Shown: piece after piece, positions 18,971-28,337 of the stretch | Numbering within the stretch: position 1 is the stretch's first letter | How the letters are laid out: every line of letters begins with the position of its first letter | Sequence record: SRR31156797_12355 | Direction: 5' to 3' (one strand) | DNA: 44,008 nucleotides | Notes under the pieces: generated by a model | Database searches by the model: none | What the model saw: only the letters and a program-made list of their open reading frames with translations | What the model was told of the DNA's origin: nothing | Program-made: the position numbers and the translations under genes

Positions 18971-20173
18971 CTAACTCATAATCAGACAGCTATCACCATA
19001 GCTTAAAAATCTGTATTCATTCTCTAAAGCATGCTTATACATTTTTATCCAGTGTTCGCCCACAAATGAAGCTAGTAATAACAATAACGTGCTTTTAGGT
19101 TGATGAAAATTGGTGATTAATCCATTTACGACTTTATGCTTATAGCCAGGCACAATGATAATTTTCGTATTACCATTAATACTGCTCAATTTATACTTAT
19201 CCATATAATTAAGCACAGCTTTCAGTGAATCTTGTAATTCCGGTAATTTTTCAGTTTTATAAGGTTCCCATTGATCAACATGAAAAAACACTTCTTCGTT
19301 TGGCATTTCATTTAAAACTTGGCAACCAATCCAGTATAAACTCTCAAGTGTTCTAACTGTAGTTGTTCCCACAGCAAATACTTTACGATCATTATTTGCA
19401 AGCGTCTTAATCACTTCTTTGTTGACAGTAATAAATTCCTGATGCATTTCATGATCGCGTATATCATCTTTATCCACCGGACGGAATGTTCCGGCTCCAA
19501 CGTGCAATGTAACCTCATGCATTGGAATAGACTTTTCGTGTATTTTAGCAAAAACATCATCTGTAAAATGTAGTCCTGCCGTTGGTGCGGCCACAGAACC
19601 ATCAATTTTACTGTATAAAGTCTGATAGGTCGATTTATCTTGCTCCTCTGATGATCGATTTAAATAAGGAGGAATAGGAACCTCTCCAGCCTTTTCAAGG
19701 ACCTCGGCAAATGATACTTCAAGTTCCCACTCAAATCTAATTACCAAATGCTCTGACTTACGATGAATAATTTCTGCTGATAGTCCAATATCATCATCAT
19801 TTTTTAAAAATACTTTCCCACTCTTCCACTTTTTTAAATTCCCAACTATGCAATTCCATTCCACAGGTTGCTTACTTCCAAGGTTTTCGGCATAATCGAC
19901 CGGCGTAGAAGGTTCCAGACAAAATATTTCAATATTGGCCCCAGTTACTTTTTGAAAAAGCAAACGTGCATACAAAACTTTGGTATTGTTGTAGAAAAGT
20001 GAAGTTTTCTCAGGCAATAAATCAACTATATCATAGAAATGGTGATCTGTAATTTCTCCATTATTGATTCGCAGCAACTTTGAATGGTCTCTTTTTGCTA
20101 ATGGATATTTGGCAATGCGCTCATCAGGTAACTCGTAATTATATTTATTAATGTCGATATTATGATTCATCAT
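18971..20173 (-). CDS. queA: S-adenosylmethionine:tRNA ribosyltransferase-isomerase
   Basis: YELPDERIA..P, PIPPYL.R, GSVAAPTAGLHF, LHVGAGTF, VGTTTVRTLES, TNFHQPKSTL, FLSYGD. Confidence 0.95.
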   Translation of the reverse strand: MMNHNIDINKYNYELPDERIAKYPLAKRDHSKLLRINNGEITDHHFYDIVDLLPEKTSLFYNNTKVLYARLLFQKVTGANIEIFCLEPSTPVDYAENLGSKQPVEWNCIVGNLKKWKSGKVFLKNDDDIGLSAEIIHRKSEHLVIRFEWELEVSFAEVLEKAGEVPIPPYLNRSSEEQDKSTYQTLYSKIDGSVAAPTAGLHFTDDVFAKIHEKSIPMHEVTLHVGAGTFRPVDKDDIRDHEMHQEFITVNKEVIKTLANNDRKVFAVGTTTVRTLESLYWIGCQVLNEMPNEEVFFHVDQWEPYKTEKLPELQDSLKAVLNYMDKYKLSSINGNTKIIIVPGYKHKVVNGLITNFHQPKSTLLLLLASFVGEHWIKMYKHALENEYRFLSYGDSCLIMS

Positions 20174-20292
20174 ATTTTTGCAACAAATTCCTTACTTTTG
20201 TATTTTTAAAATGAAGTGCAAATATAAACATTCATAATGATTCAAAATATTGCACAGCTTAAATTGTAATAAAAACATATAAGATAGAAATC

Positions 20293-21360
20293 ATGAAATT
20301 TAAGAAGGGAGATAAAGTGCGTTTTCTCAACGCAGTTGGAGATGGAGTAATAACCAAAATATTATCAGACGGAACCATCTATGTGCTCGATGATACAGGT
20401 TTTGACAATCCGGTACAAGAATCAGAGCTCATATTAATTAATCGTGAGACTGAAGTTGTATCAACACCAAATGAATCATCTCCGGTAGAGGCTGGTAATG
20501 AAATCACCGATTTTTTTCCTGAAGGAGAGCATATTGTTGGGAATGATGAAGCAAAGGTATTTTTTGCTGTTGTACCTCAACCTGGACGAGATGTAACCGA
20601 TGCTGATTTAGATACTTATTTGATTAATGATTCAAATTACATTGCGCTGTATAATATCATAGAAACAAAAAAAGATAAGAGTAAATCTTTTGATGCAGGA
20701 CTAATTGAGCCAAATACTAAGATTGAGCTTATGAGTTTAATGAGACAACAAGTTGGCAATGCACCAGACTATAAGTTTCAGATTATTTTTTATCAGAATG
20801 GAGACTATATGCCAGTAGAGCCGGTTAACAAAAAAATAGTGCTAAGTCCGATTAAACTCTATAAAGAAAACACATTCAAAGAGAACGACTTTTTTCACGA
20901 AAAATCAATCCTATTCGACTTAACTGAAAAAGAAAAAGTAGCTGAAGAAGCAAAAGTTGAGAATATTGAAGCATCTGAACAGAAAAAAAAGTTAAAAGAA
21001 CTGGAGAAAATGCTGCAAACAAAAAAAACAGTTGATGCTCCTGACAAAAAACCCAGAAAAAAAGTTGAGAAGATAGAAAGCAGAGAGGTTGATTTACATA
21101 TCAATGAGCTAATTGATGATACAACAGGTTTGGACAATAATGCAATTTTAGAAATTCAAATGGAAAAATTTGAATCAGAAATACAGCAAGCCATTAAAGA
21201 TAATCTGAAAAAGATTATTTTTATACATGGTATTGGAAATGGAACTTTAAAAAACATGGTGCGTAAAACACTATCGCATAATTACGGAAAGTACTCATTT
21301 CATGATGCTTCATTTAAAGAATATGGATTTGGAGCAACCATGGTAATATTAAGACACTAA
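20293..21360 (+). CDS. DUF2027 / Smr-domain protein
   Basis: N-terminal GDKVRFL; C-terminal EVDLHI...IFIHGIGNGTLK...DASF..YG.GAT Smr domain. Confidence 0.87.
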   Translation: MKFKKGDKVRFLNAVGDGVITKILSDGTIYVLDDTGFDNPVQESELILINRETEVVSTPNESSPVEAGNEITDFFPEGEHIVGNDEAKVFFAVVPQPGRDVTDADLDTYLINDSNYIALYNIIETKKDKSKSFDAGLIEPNTKIELMSLMRQQVGNAPDYKFQIIFYQNGDYMPVEPVNKKIVLSPIKLYKENTFKENDFFHEKSILFDLTEKEKVAEEAKVENIEASEQKKKLKELEKMLQTKKTVDAPDKKPRKKVEKIESREVDLHINELIDDTTGLDNNAILEIQMEKFESEIQQAIKDNLKKIIFIHGIGNGTLKNMVRKTLSHNYGKYSFHDASFKEYGFGATMVILRH

Positions 21361-21378
21361 CAATTAAAGCTAAATTAA

Positions 21379-21786
21379 ATGGCATTATTTGAATGGGAAC
21401 CAAGGTACAGTGTACATATCAATGAATTTGACAATCATCATAAAAAGCTCATTGAATTGTTACAGAAAATGCATCAAAGTATGCTTGATGGTGAAGGTAA
21501 ATACGTAGTTGGACAGGTTTTAGATGAACTTAAAGATTATACTGTTTACCACTTTAATGCTGAAGAAAAACAAATGGAAAAATATGAATATCCGGATTTC
21601 AGCATTCATAAAGCGCAGCATAAAGAATTAATTAATCAACTTGATGAGTTAATTACAAATTATAAAAATGGTGTGGCGCAAATAACCACGGATACCTATA
21701 AATTCCTGAACAAGTGGCTGACAAGCCATATCATGAATGCCGACAAAAAATACACAGCCTTTTTTAAAGATAAAGGGCTTCAATAA
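21379..21786 (+). CDS. Bacteriohemerythrin
   Basis: W...YSV....D.HH, HF..EE, H...H, WL..HI...D di-iron ligand pattern. Confidence 0.92.
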   Translation: MALFEWEPRYSVHINEFDNHHKKLIELLQKMHQSMLDGEGKYVVGQVLDELKDYTVYHFNAEEKQMEKYEYPDFSIHKAQHKELINQLDELITNYKNGVAQITTDTYKFLNKWLTSHIMNADKKYTAFFKDKGLQ

Positions 21787-21789
21787 AAT

Positions 21790-22146
21790 ACAGTAGGCCG
21801 TTCTATCGCTCTCCGCTTACGCGGAGTGAGGAAAGTCCGGGCAGCAAAGGACATCATGCTTCTTAATAGGAAGAAACCTGCGAAGGTTTGATCGTGCAGA
21901 AGAAAATAACCGCCTCGATTCGTCGAGGTAAGGGTGAGAAGGTAAGGTAAGAGCTTACCAGAATTGTGGGTAACCATAATTGCTGTGCACCCCATGAGCT
22001 GTAAAACCATGTAAACCAGCACTTGAGGATTGTCCGTCCGATGTTGGAGGGTAGGTTGCTAGAGGTTACCAGTGATGGTAATCCCAGATAAATGATAGAA
22101 CTTATTGCCTGGCAATAAGACAGAACCCGGCTTACAGGCTTACTGT
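21790..22146 (+). ncRNA. rnpB: RNase P RNA (type A)
   Basis: GAGGAAAGTCCGGGC near the 5' end, ACAGAACCCGGCTTA near the 3' end, P1 pairing ACAGTAGGCC/GGCTTACTGT. Confidence 0.95.
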
Positions 22147-22150
22147 TTTT

Positions 22151-22381
22151 AATTGATCTTAGATATTGGATGTTAGATGACAAATATCCACCCTTCAACT
22201 ACGCTCAGGGACCGAAATATTCAACATCCAAGATCCATTATCCTCCGAACACCTCACTAACGCTTCCCGATTCTCGGGACAGGCTCTAAAGGAGCGAACT
22301 CCCAACATACAATCCAACATACAAGATCCAACATCTAATATCCAAAATCTAACATCCAAGATCTACTATCTAAGATCAATT
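22151..22381. repeat. Composite palindromic repeat: 15-bp terminal inverted repeats, heptamer arrays and internal hairpins
   Basis: AATTGATCTTAGATA (22151-22165) / TATCTAAGATCAATT (22367-22381); ten ATCYAAN-like heptamers 22312-22381; CCCTTCAACTACGCTCAGGG 22191-22210; TCCCGA-TTC-TCGGGA 22265-22279. Confidence 0.8.
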
Positions 22382-23586
22382 TAATTACACAAATTCCGTC
22401 TTATATCATCAGCTTTTAAAGAACCTAAATTGTAGGCTCTAACCAGATCACTGCAACCTTGCTTGGTTTGTCCCAAAGCATGTCTACAAAGTCCTCTACC
22501 AAGGTAAATTTCAGCTTTCCTCGGCCAGAAATCAAGACACATATTATAATCTTTAATTGCTTGTTTATAAACCTTACAGCTTTGATAAATTTGGGCACGC
22601 AAATAATAATATTCGGGATTCATATCTTGCAAAGCAATAGCTTGATTGATATGGGGCAAAGCCTTCATACAACTACCTGTCTTATAAACTATTGTAGCAT
22701 TAAAAAAATGTGCATCATCTTTCTCAGGCATAGCTGCTAAATAAGCATTTGCATAAATATTTGTTTCTTCATACTTTTCCATGGCAATGCCTGCTCTTGT
22801 GGCTATCTCATACCAACGTGGATCATATTCTGCCAGCTCTATTGCTTTTAAAGCATCTTTAAAAGCTTTTTTAGGCTTCTCCAGTTTCAAATATACTTCT
22901 GCCCTATGGCCATAATAAAACGCTTCCCGCTCCTCTTCTTTAATGGCCTGATCAATATCGTCCAGTGCAGTTTTATATACACCTTGCTCATACAATAATT
23001 TTGATCTTAAATACCATGGTTTGTCTTTATAAGCACGATCGTCAATCAATTCATCTAAAAGCTGTAAGGCCAATTCATAATTCTTTACCTTTAACTCACG
23101 TTCAGCCATTTCCACCTTCAAATCATAATCATTATAATGAGCTATTCTCCAAATGCTATCCCATTGAGGAGTTTGGTTTAGTCTTTTCAAGATTGAATCT
23201 GTTTTAACCAGAGATCTGGAAGGCTTATAGCGTTCTTTAAGCATTTTTTCTAACATGAATAATGCACTATCGTTGTTTTCTTTTATTGTATAATACTTTG
23301 CTAAATAGAAATATCCAAAACCTTTATCAATGGAGCGAAGTTCAGTAATACTTTGAATCATTTTAGGGTAATTTTCAACATTCCAGTTGACCTCAACCAT
23401 TCTTCTCTTAAACCATGAATCTCTTAATTCTTGTTGATTAAAAATCTCTGCAGCTTTTTCATACTTCCCCAATTGGAATAAACCCTCAGCTCTTACTAAA
23501 ACATTATTTTGTGAAAAACTGGTATAGGAAATAATAAAAAATAGTAGGGTAAATAGAAAAATTTTAGCAGATATGTATTTTATCAT
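22381..23586 (-). CDS. Tetratricopeptide repeat protein, exported
   Basis: Signal peptide and multiple TPR-like repeats (YYLRAQIY...A..DY, YLGRG..). Confidence 0.85.
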   Translation of the reverse strand: MIKYISAKIFLFTLLFFIISYTSFSQNNVLVRAEGLFQLGKYEKAAEIFNQQELRDSWFKRRMVEVNWNVENYPKMIQSITELRSIDKGFGYFYLAKYYTIKENNDSALFMLEKMLKERYKPSRSLVKTDSILKRLNQTPQWDSIWRIAHYNDYDLKVEMAERELKVKNYELALQLLDELIDDRAYKDKPWYLRSKLLYEQGVYKTALDDIDQAIKEEEREAFYYGHRAEVYLKLEKPKKAFKDALKAIELAEYDPRWYEIATRAGIAMEKYEETNIYANAYLAAMPEKDDAHFFNATIVYKTGSCMKALPHINQAIALQDMNPEYYYLRAQIYQSCKVYKQAIKDYNMCLDFWPRKAEIYLGRGLCRHALGQTKQGCSDLVRAYNLGSLKADDIRRNLCN

Positions 23587-26156
23587 CTTCTTGAATTATA
23601 AACATGTACAAAACCAACCAAATAACGTTCTGTTGGACCAGAAATTCTTTGCTCAGTTAAATTTACTACGTAATAATAAACTCCGGTTGATACAAATTCA
23701 TTATTCTGCCTATCTCTTCCTTTCCACATTATTAATAGGTCGTTGGTTTTAAAAACCAGGTTTCCCCATCTGCTATAAATCTTAGCATCAACACTTAAAA
23801 CTGATTTCAAAATTGCTTCATGATCACCAATAGGTGCAAATAACCCTATGTTTTCACCCCCAATGAACATCACATTAGGAAGTTTGTAAATTTCACATGA
23901 ATCAATACAAATTGTAGTAGATAGTTCACTTTCATTTCCGGCTGAATCTAATGCTGATAATGCATAGCAACCACCCAATCCTAATTCCGGCTGATGTATA
24001 AAAACAGTAGTATCAGGAAATACAAAATCTTCAATAAATTGTAGAGGCAAATTAGTCTGAGGTGCGTGATACACTTTCACTTTTATTACTTCATTGTCAC
24101 TGTGTTGCCACTGAAGTTGGTTGGTAAAAGCATCACAATCTGCACTTACTGAAAATTGCGGTGGATCAGGTGGAATGGTATCTACCGGAATAGCTGAGAC
24201 AACTTGCGAATAGTTTATTATAGGTTTCACAAACCCATCTTCGTAATATTGCCCCTCAGTCTTAACTCTGTAACGATATGTTTCACCATTAATAAGTCCT
24301 TCGTGGGTAAAATTCAAAGAATCCTGTATGCTCAATTCAATTTCTCCACCCGGAACAACTTCATAAAATGTATACTCCTCATTGATCCAGGATACATTAA
24401 ATTGGGGAGCAATGCGAACTTGGTTATCAGCACCATAAGCATACAAAAACACTGAACTGGCAACCATAGGCTGGCTTACAAGACCTGCAGAATTATGTAA
24501 TTCAACTTTATAACTGTAAGAGTTATTTAAAGTATTCAATCCAACATCTGTAAATAGTGTATCATTTAATCCACTTAATTCGGCAATTGGAATTACTCCA
24601 AAGTTCTCTCCATAAAGGCCGGTTGACCTAAAAATCTTATAGGTATATGGTCCTGGATGTTCAATGGTATCAATTTCAGTGGGTTTTGACCATGCTAAAT
24701 AGATTTCTCCATCATTCAATGAAGTTTCTTCAATACTCACATTGGTTATGACAGGTATACCTCTCACAAGGGTCTGGCATGATTCAACTGAAGCATATCC
24801 TTTAGCATCATTGTATAATGGAACCAGACGATAGCAGTATTTAAATCCTTGTGGTAAGCCTACCCCATTATTATTATCAAAATATGAAAAAGTAGTTTGA
24901 TCCAACTCAGCAATTTTTTGATATTCGGAATCTTCCGGAATACCAGTTTGACAAATATCAAACTCCCAGGTTTCACTTTGATTTTTTCTGTATAGTTCAT
25001 ATCCGGTCTCTCCACAGCCCGTTGCAGTCCATTCTAAATTAATATGAGTACTACCAGATACCAGAGATGTAAATTGAGCTGCCGGACCATTTACCCAAAT
25101 CTGAATATAATGTAAATCAGCTAATACTAAATCAGAATTATTATCTTCAGCTTTTATTACCAACAAATAAGGCTGACGCCTGATGTGCGAACAATTAGTT
25201 TGCCAATAGACCCGGGCAGTCGTCGTATCATTACCTTGTGAAATAATTTCAAATTGTGCCGGGTTGTCTAATTCAAATGCACCGCCTAAGGGAGTCAAAG
25301 TTAAACCGTCACCATCGGGATCAAATGCTTTAATCTCCAGGTCAACCATTTCACCTGCTTCCACGCAAATTTCCTGATCCGATATTAAATCGGGCGGTAT
25401 ATTATCTGTTTCATAAACCTCAATTTGTAAATCACGTGTTATTTGTCCAATTTTTACTCCCTGACGCCATTCTTCAATCAAAATAGCCACATTATAAGCA
25501 CCTAACTCTGTGGGTTTATCCCAAATTAGATCACCGGTAATTTCGTTCATGGTCATATTATCCGGAAAAGTAAAACCTTCAATGGGCTCCCCGTTTTCAC
25601 CTGTACAAGCAGTAAGACGATATGCCAGACTATCCCCATCCGGATCCCAGGCAGCCGGATTATGAATAAACAAACGACCTTTTGCAGCTTTGTCAACAGG
25701 AGGACTCAAAAGCTGGGGTGTATTATTAATCCCTAAAGCCGGATTAATTTGCATAATTGTTTTAATTGAAAATACTACGGTTACGGAGTTCGGAATATTT
25801 GAAACACCCTCATTTCTGTTAGGATCTTCAACAACTAGCGCATAAGTTCCTGGCCCTGGAAATGTGTGATTGATGACATAGATATTTTTTCTATAGTAAT
25901 CAGGTAAATCAATCATTACCGAACGCTGCACCAGGGCTGTTGTGTTATCTCCAAAATCAATTTCTAATACTGGTCTGTCCACAGGTGGCCAACCGGAAGA
26001 AGTTGGTTGCGTATTGGTAAAAGTTGTAATTGTAATTTCATAAGTAAACTCACCCTGCTGCACATAGGTAATCTCCCCAGCTCTGTTATGGGTAGCATAA
26101 AGATTGGAGCAGATAGCAATCCAAAGTAAAATCAATATGGTCTTAATCTTTAACAA
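23583..26156 (-). CDS. Large secreted protein with T9SS type B (gliding-motility-associated) C-terminal domain
   Basis: Signal peptide, ATHNRAGEITY start, DPDGD repeats, FN3-like segments, C-terminal LPNV...IYSRWG.LVF...W.G...GVYYY. Confidence 0.85.
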   Translation of the reverse strand: MLKIKTILILLWIAICSNLYATHNRAGEITYVQQGEFTYEITITTFTNTQPTSSGWPPVDRPVLEIDFGDNTTALVQRSVMIDLPDYYRKNIYVINHTFPGPGTYALVVEDPNRNEGVSNIPNSVTVVFSIKTIMQINPALGINNTPQLLSPPVDKAAKGRLFIHNPAAWDPDGDSLAYRLTACTGENGEPIEGFTFPDNMTMNEITGDLIWDKPTELGAYNVAILIEEWRQGVKIGQITRDLQIEVYETDNIPPDLISDQEICVEAGEMVDLEIKAFDPDGDGLTLTPLGGAFELDNPAQFEIISQGNDTTTARVYWQTNCSHIRRQPYLLVIKAEDNNSDLVLADLHYIQIWVNGPAAQFTSLVSGSTHINLEWTATGCGETGYELYRKNQSETWEFDICQTGIPEDSEYQKIAELDQTTFSYFDNNNGVGLPQGFKYCYRLVPLYNDAKGYASVESCQTLVRGIPVITNVSIEETSLNDGEIYLAWSKPTEIDTIEHPGPYTYKIFRSTGLYGENFGVIPIAELSGLNDTLFTDVGLNTLNNSYSYKVELHNSAGLVSQPMVASSVFLYAYGADNQVRIAPQFNVSWINEEYTFYEVVPGGEIELSIQDSLNFTHEGLINGETYRYRVKTEGQYYEDGFVKPIINYSQVVSAIPVDTIPPDPPQFSVSADCDAFTNQLQWQHSDNEVIKVKVYHAPQTNLPLQFIEDFVFPDTTVFIHQPELGLGGCYALSALDSAGNESELSTTICIDSCEIYKLPNVMFIGGENIGLFAPIGDHEAILKSVLSVDAKIYSRWGNLVFKTNDLLIMWKGRDRQNNEFVSTGVYYYVVNLTEQRISGPTERYLVGFVHVYNSRR

Positions 26157-26610
26157 TTACACAACTTTTAACTTGATCTAAACGAAATCCTTCTTCAATA
26201 TCAGGTGTTTTAACTATCACCAAATTAGTTTGATCGTTAAATAACTCAAAAAATATAGTACAACAAACTTTTAACGAATTTAAATCTTTTATTGTTCCTT
26301 TATAACTAATTACAGTCACATCTCTGTCAGGCTTTACGCTTACTAATTCCAATTCATTGTTTTGTGCACTATTCATCACTTTCAAATGCTGCTTTAGATA
26401 TTTCTGCACTTCCTCTACCGACTCTTCATCCTGATAATCAATCTTATATGCCTTACCAATTTGATGAAATATTGCACTTTCAAGGTCATCCGTAAATAGT
26501 CTGGCTTCAATTTGTGCTTTGTTTCTTTCATCTATATTTAAATGAATAACACCTAAATGCAATGGATGCATAAAAAACATATAAAGCCCAAAAGTTAACA
26601 TTTGAAACAT
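26143..26610 (-). CDS. DUF6702-like protein
   Basis: HP.H.....,RLFTDDLE, ELFNDQTNLV motifs; internal ATG at 26610 preferred. Confidence 0.68.
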   Translation of the reverse strand: MFQMLTFGLYMFFMHPLHLGVIHLNIDERNKAQIEARLFTDDLESAIFHQIGKAYKIDYQDEESVEEVQKYLKQHLKVMNSAQNNELELVSVKPDRDVTVISYKGTIKDLNSLKVCCTIFFELFNDQTNLVIVKTPDIEEGFRLDQVKSCVIVKD

Positions 26611-26660
26611 ACGTAAAATTACTATCTTGGTGATGTAAAACAAAGTATTAAACTAAAATA

Positions 26661-27224
26661 ATGTTTGGAACTTACTTTTCTTTAGGAATTGATCATATAG
26701 CCAATCTGCATGGTTACGATCATATCATTTTTTTAATCGCTCTATGTGCCACATACACAGCATCAAACTGGAAAAAGTTACTCATACTTGTCACCGCTTT
26801 TACGCTAGGCCATTCCCTAACTCTTGCTTTAGCTACATTAAAAATTATTACTATCGATAGCCAGCTTATTGAAATACTTATACCTGTAACAATTTTAATT
26901 ACTGCAATTATTAATCTATTTAAACCCGGAGAATTAAAATACGCCGGGTTAAAATATGCAATGGCTTTATTCTTTGGATTAATTCATGGATTAGGTTTTT
27001 CCAATTACCTCAGAATGTTGCTAAGCCAGGAAAACGACATTACAATTCCATTGCTAGGATTTAATATAGGAGTCGAAGTTGGGCAAATTTTAATTGTACT
27101 GGCTATTTTCTTTATAAGCTGGATTGTATTAACATTTACTCGTCTTAAAATGCGTGATTGGGTAATGTTGCTCTCCGGCATAGGTATTGGAACTTCTATA
27201 ATTATGATCATCGATCGACTTTAA
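26661..27224 (+). CDS. HupE/UreJ family membrane protein
   Basis: G.DHI...GYDHI.F, VTAFTLGHSLTL, FFGLIHGLGF, FNIGVEVGQ. Confidence 0.88.
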   Translation: MFGTYFSLGIDHIANLHGYDHIIFLIALCATYTASNWKKLLILVTAFTLGHSLTLALATLKIITIDSQLIEILIPVTILITAIINLFKPGELKYAGLKYAMALFFGLIHGLGFSNYLRMLLSQENDITIPLLGFNIGVEVGQILIVLAIFFISWIVLTFTRLKMRDWVMLLSGIGIGTSIIMIIDRL

Positions 27225-27290
27225 CTATATTTTAACCTCCTGAGTATATGATTTTATTAGTTTTGTAATGTAAATGAAAAACCCAATACC

Positions 27291-28328
27291 ATGAAAAAAT
27301 TTATATTCCTAATCTCATTTTTCTTAATCATTATCACAACTTTCGGTCAAAGAGTAACCTATACTGCAAATGATCTGGCGCAAGCCGGTGATGCTTTTGG
27401 TATTCTAAAAATTCAATATGACAGTACCAATATGATGGCAATAAATGAGGTTGACCCAAATATGTGGGATTATTCAAGCATAATAGCAGAAGCTGATGAT
27501 ACGGTATATATTTATTCAAAAGACGAATTTCCAGAACTATCAGATTTACCTGAAGGAACCATGGTAATGCAGCAAGATGATGAAAGCTATATGTGCATGT
27601 ATTTAAATGGTGATATGCTTGAAATGTTGGGCCTCCTAATTGACTTAAATGGAACGCTCACTCCAATGATTTTTCCTGAAGCGCAAAATATGTTGCATCT
27701 CCCGCTAACCATTGGTGAAGGTGGCTCTTCAAATTTGATTTTCCCTATACAAGGTACACCCGAAGAATTTGGAATAGACATTCCTTTTCATGATTCTGTT
27801 CGCTTTGATATAAGTGTAGATGCTACATCGCTTGTAGAAGATACTGGTACAGTGAAAACATTTCAATATCAAAAATCGGCATTTAAAGTTGCCAATACTA
27901 CTATTTTCAGTGTTGATGTATGGGCATTACCTTCTTTTGGTGGATGGTATTTATTACAGGAAAATGTTGTAGCAGATACAACTAAAATAGTTCAGTATTA
28001 TGCTCCTAATTATGGAATCCCCTTAATTGAATTGGCACTAACATGGAATGATAGTATCTTAAGCTATAGAATGATAGAGGAAGAACCGCAAGCTATTGCA
28101 AACCATAGTATTGATAAGGTAGAAGTATATCCAAATCCTGTATCAGCCAATCAAAAATTACGGTTCAATCGAAATCTAACGAATATATCAATCTATGATA
28201 TTACAGGAAGACTAATAAAGCAATACGAAGGAACACACAGGCAGATTATATTGTCCAACCTCCCTGATGGTTATTATATCTTAAAATCTGAGCGTCCTTT
28301 TACCACAAAAAGAATCATAATAGATTGA
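27291..28328 (+). CDS. T9SS type A CTD secreted protein of unknown function
   Basis: Signal peptide; C-terminal VYPNPV...IYDITGRLI...L..G.YILK...TKRIII. Confidence 0.85.
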   Translation: MKKFIFLISFFLIIITTFGQRVTYTANDLAQAGDAFGILKIQYDSTNMMAINEVDPNMWDYSSIIAEADDTVYIYSKDEFPELSDLPEGTMVMQQDDESYMCMYLNGDMLEMLGLLIDLNGTLTPMIFPEAQNMLHLPLTIGEGGSSNLIFPIQGTPEEFGIDIPFHDSVRFDISVDATSLVEDTGTVKTFQYQKSAFKVANTTIFSVDVWALPSFGGWYLLQENVVADTTKIVQYYAPNYGIPLIELALTWNDSILSYRMIEEEPQAIANHSIDKVEVYPNPVSANQKLRFNRNLTNISIYDITGRLIKQYEGTHRQIILSNLPDGYYILKSERPFTTKRIIID

Positions 28329-28337
28329 TAGATTGCT

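Noticed and set aside
21780-22198. Minus-strand ORFs 21780-22022 and 21863-22198
   Set aside because: They are antisense to the RNase P RNA and have no protein-like motifs.
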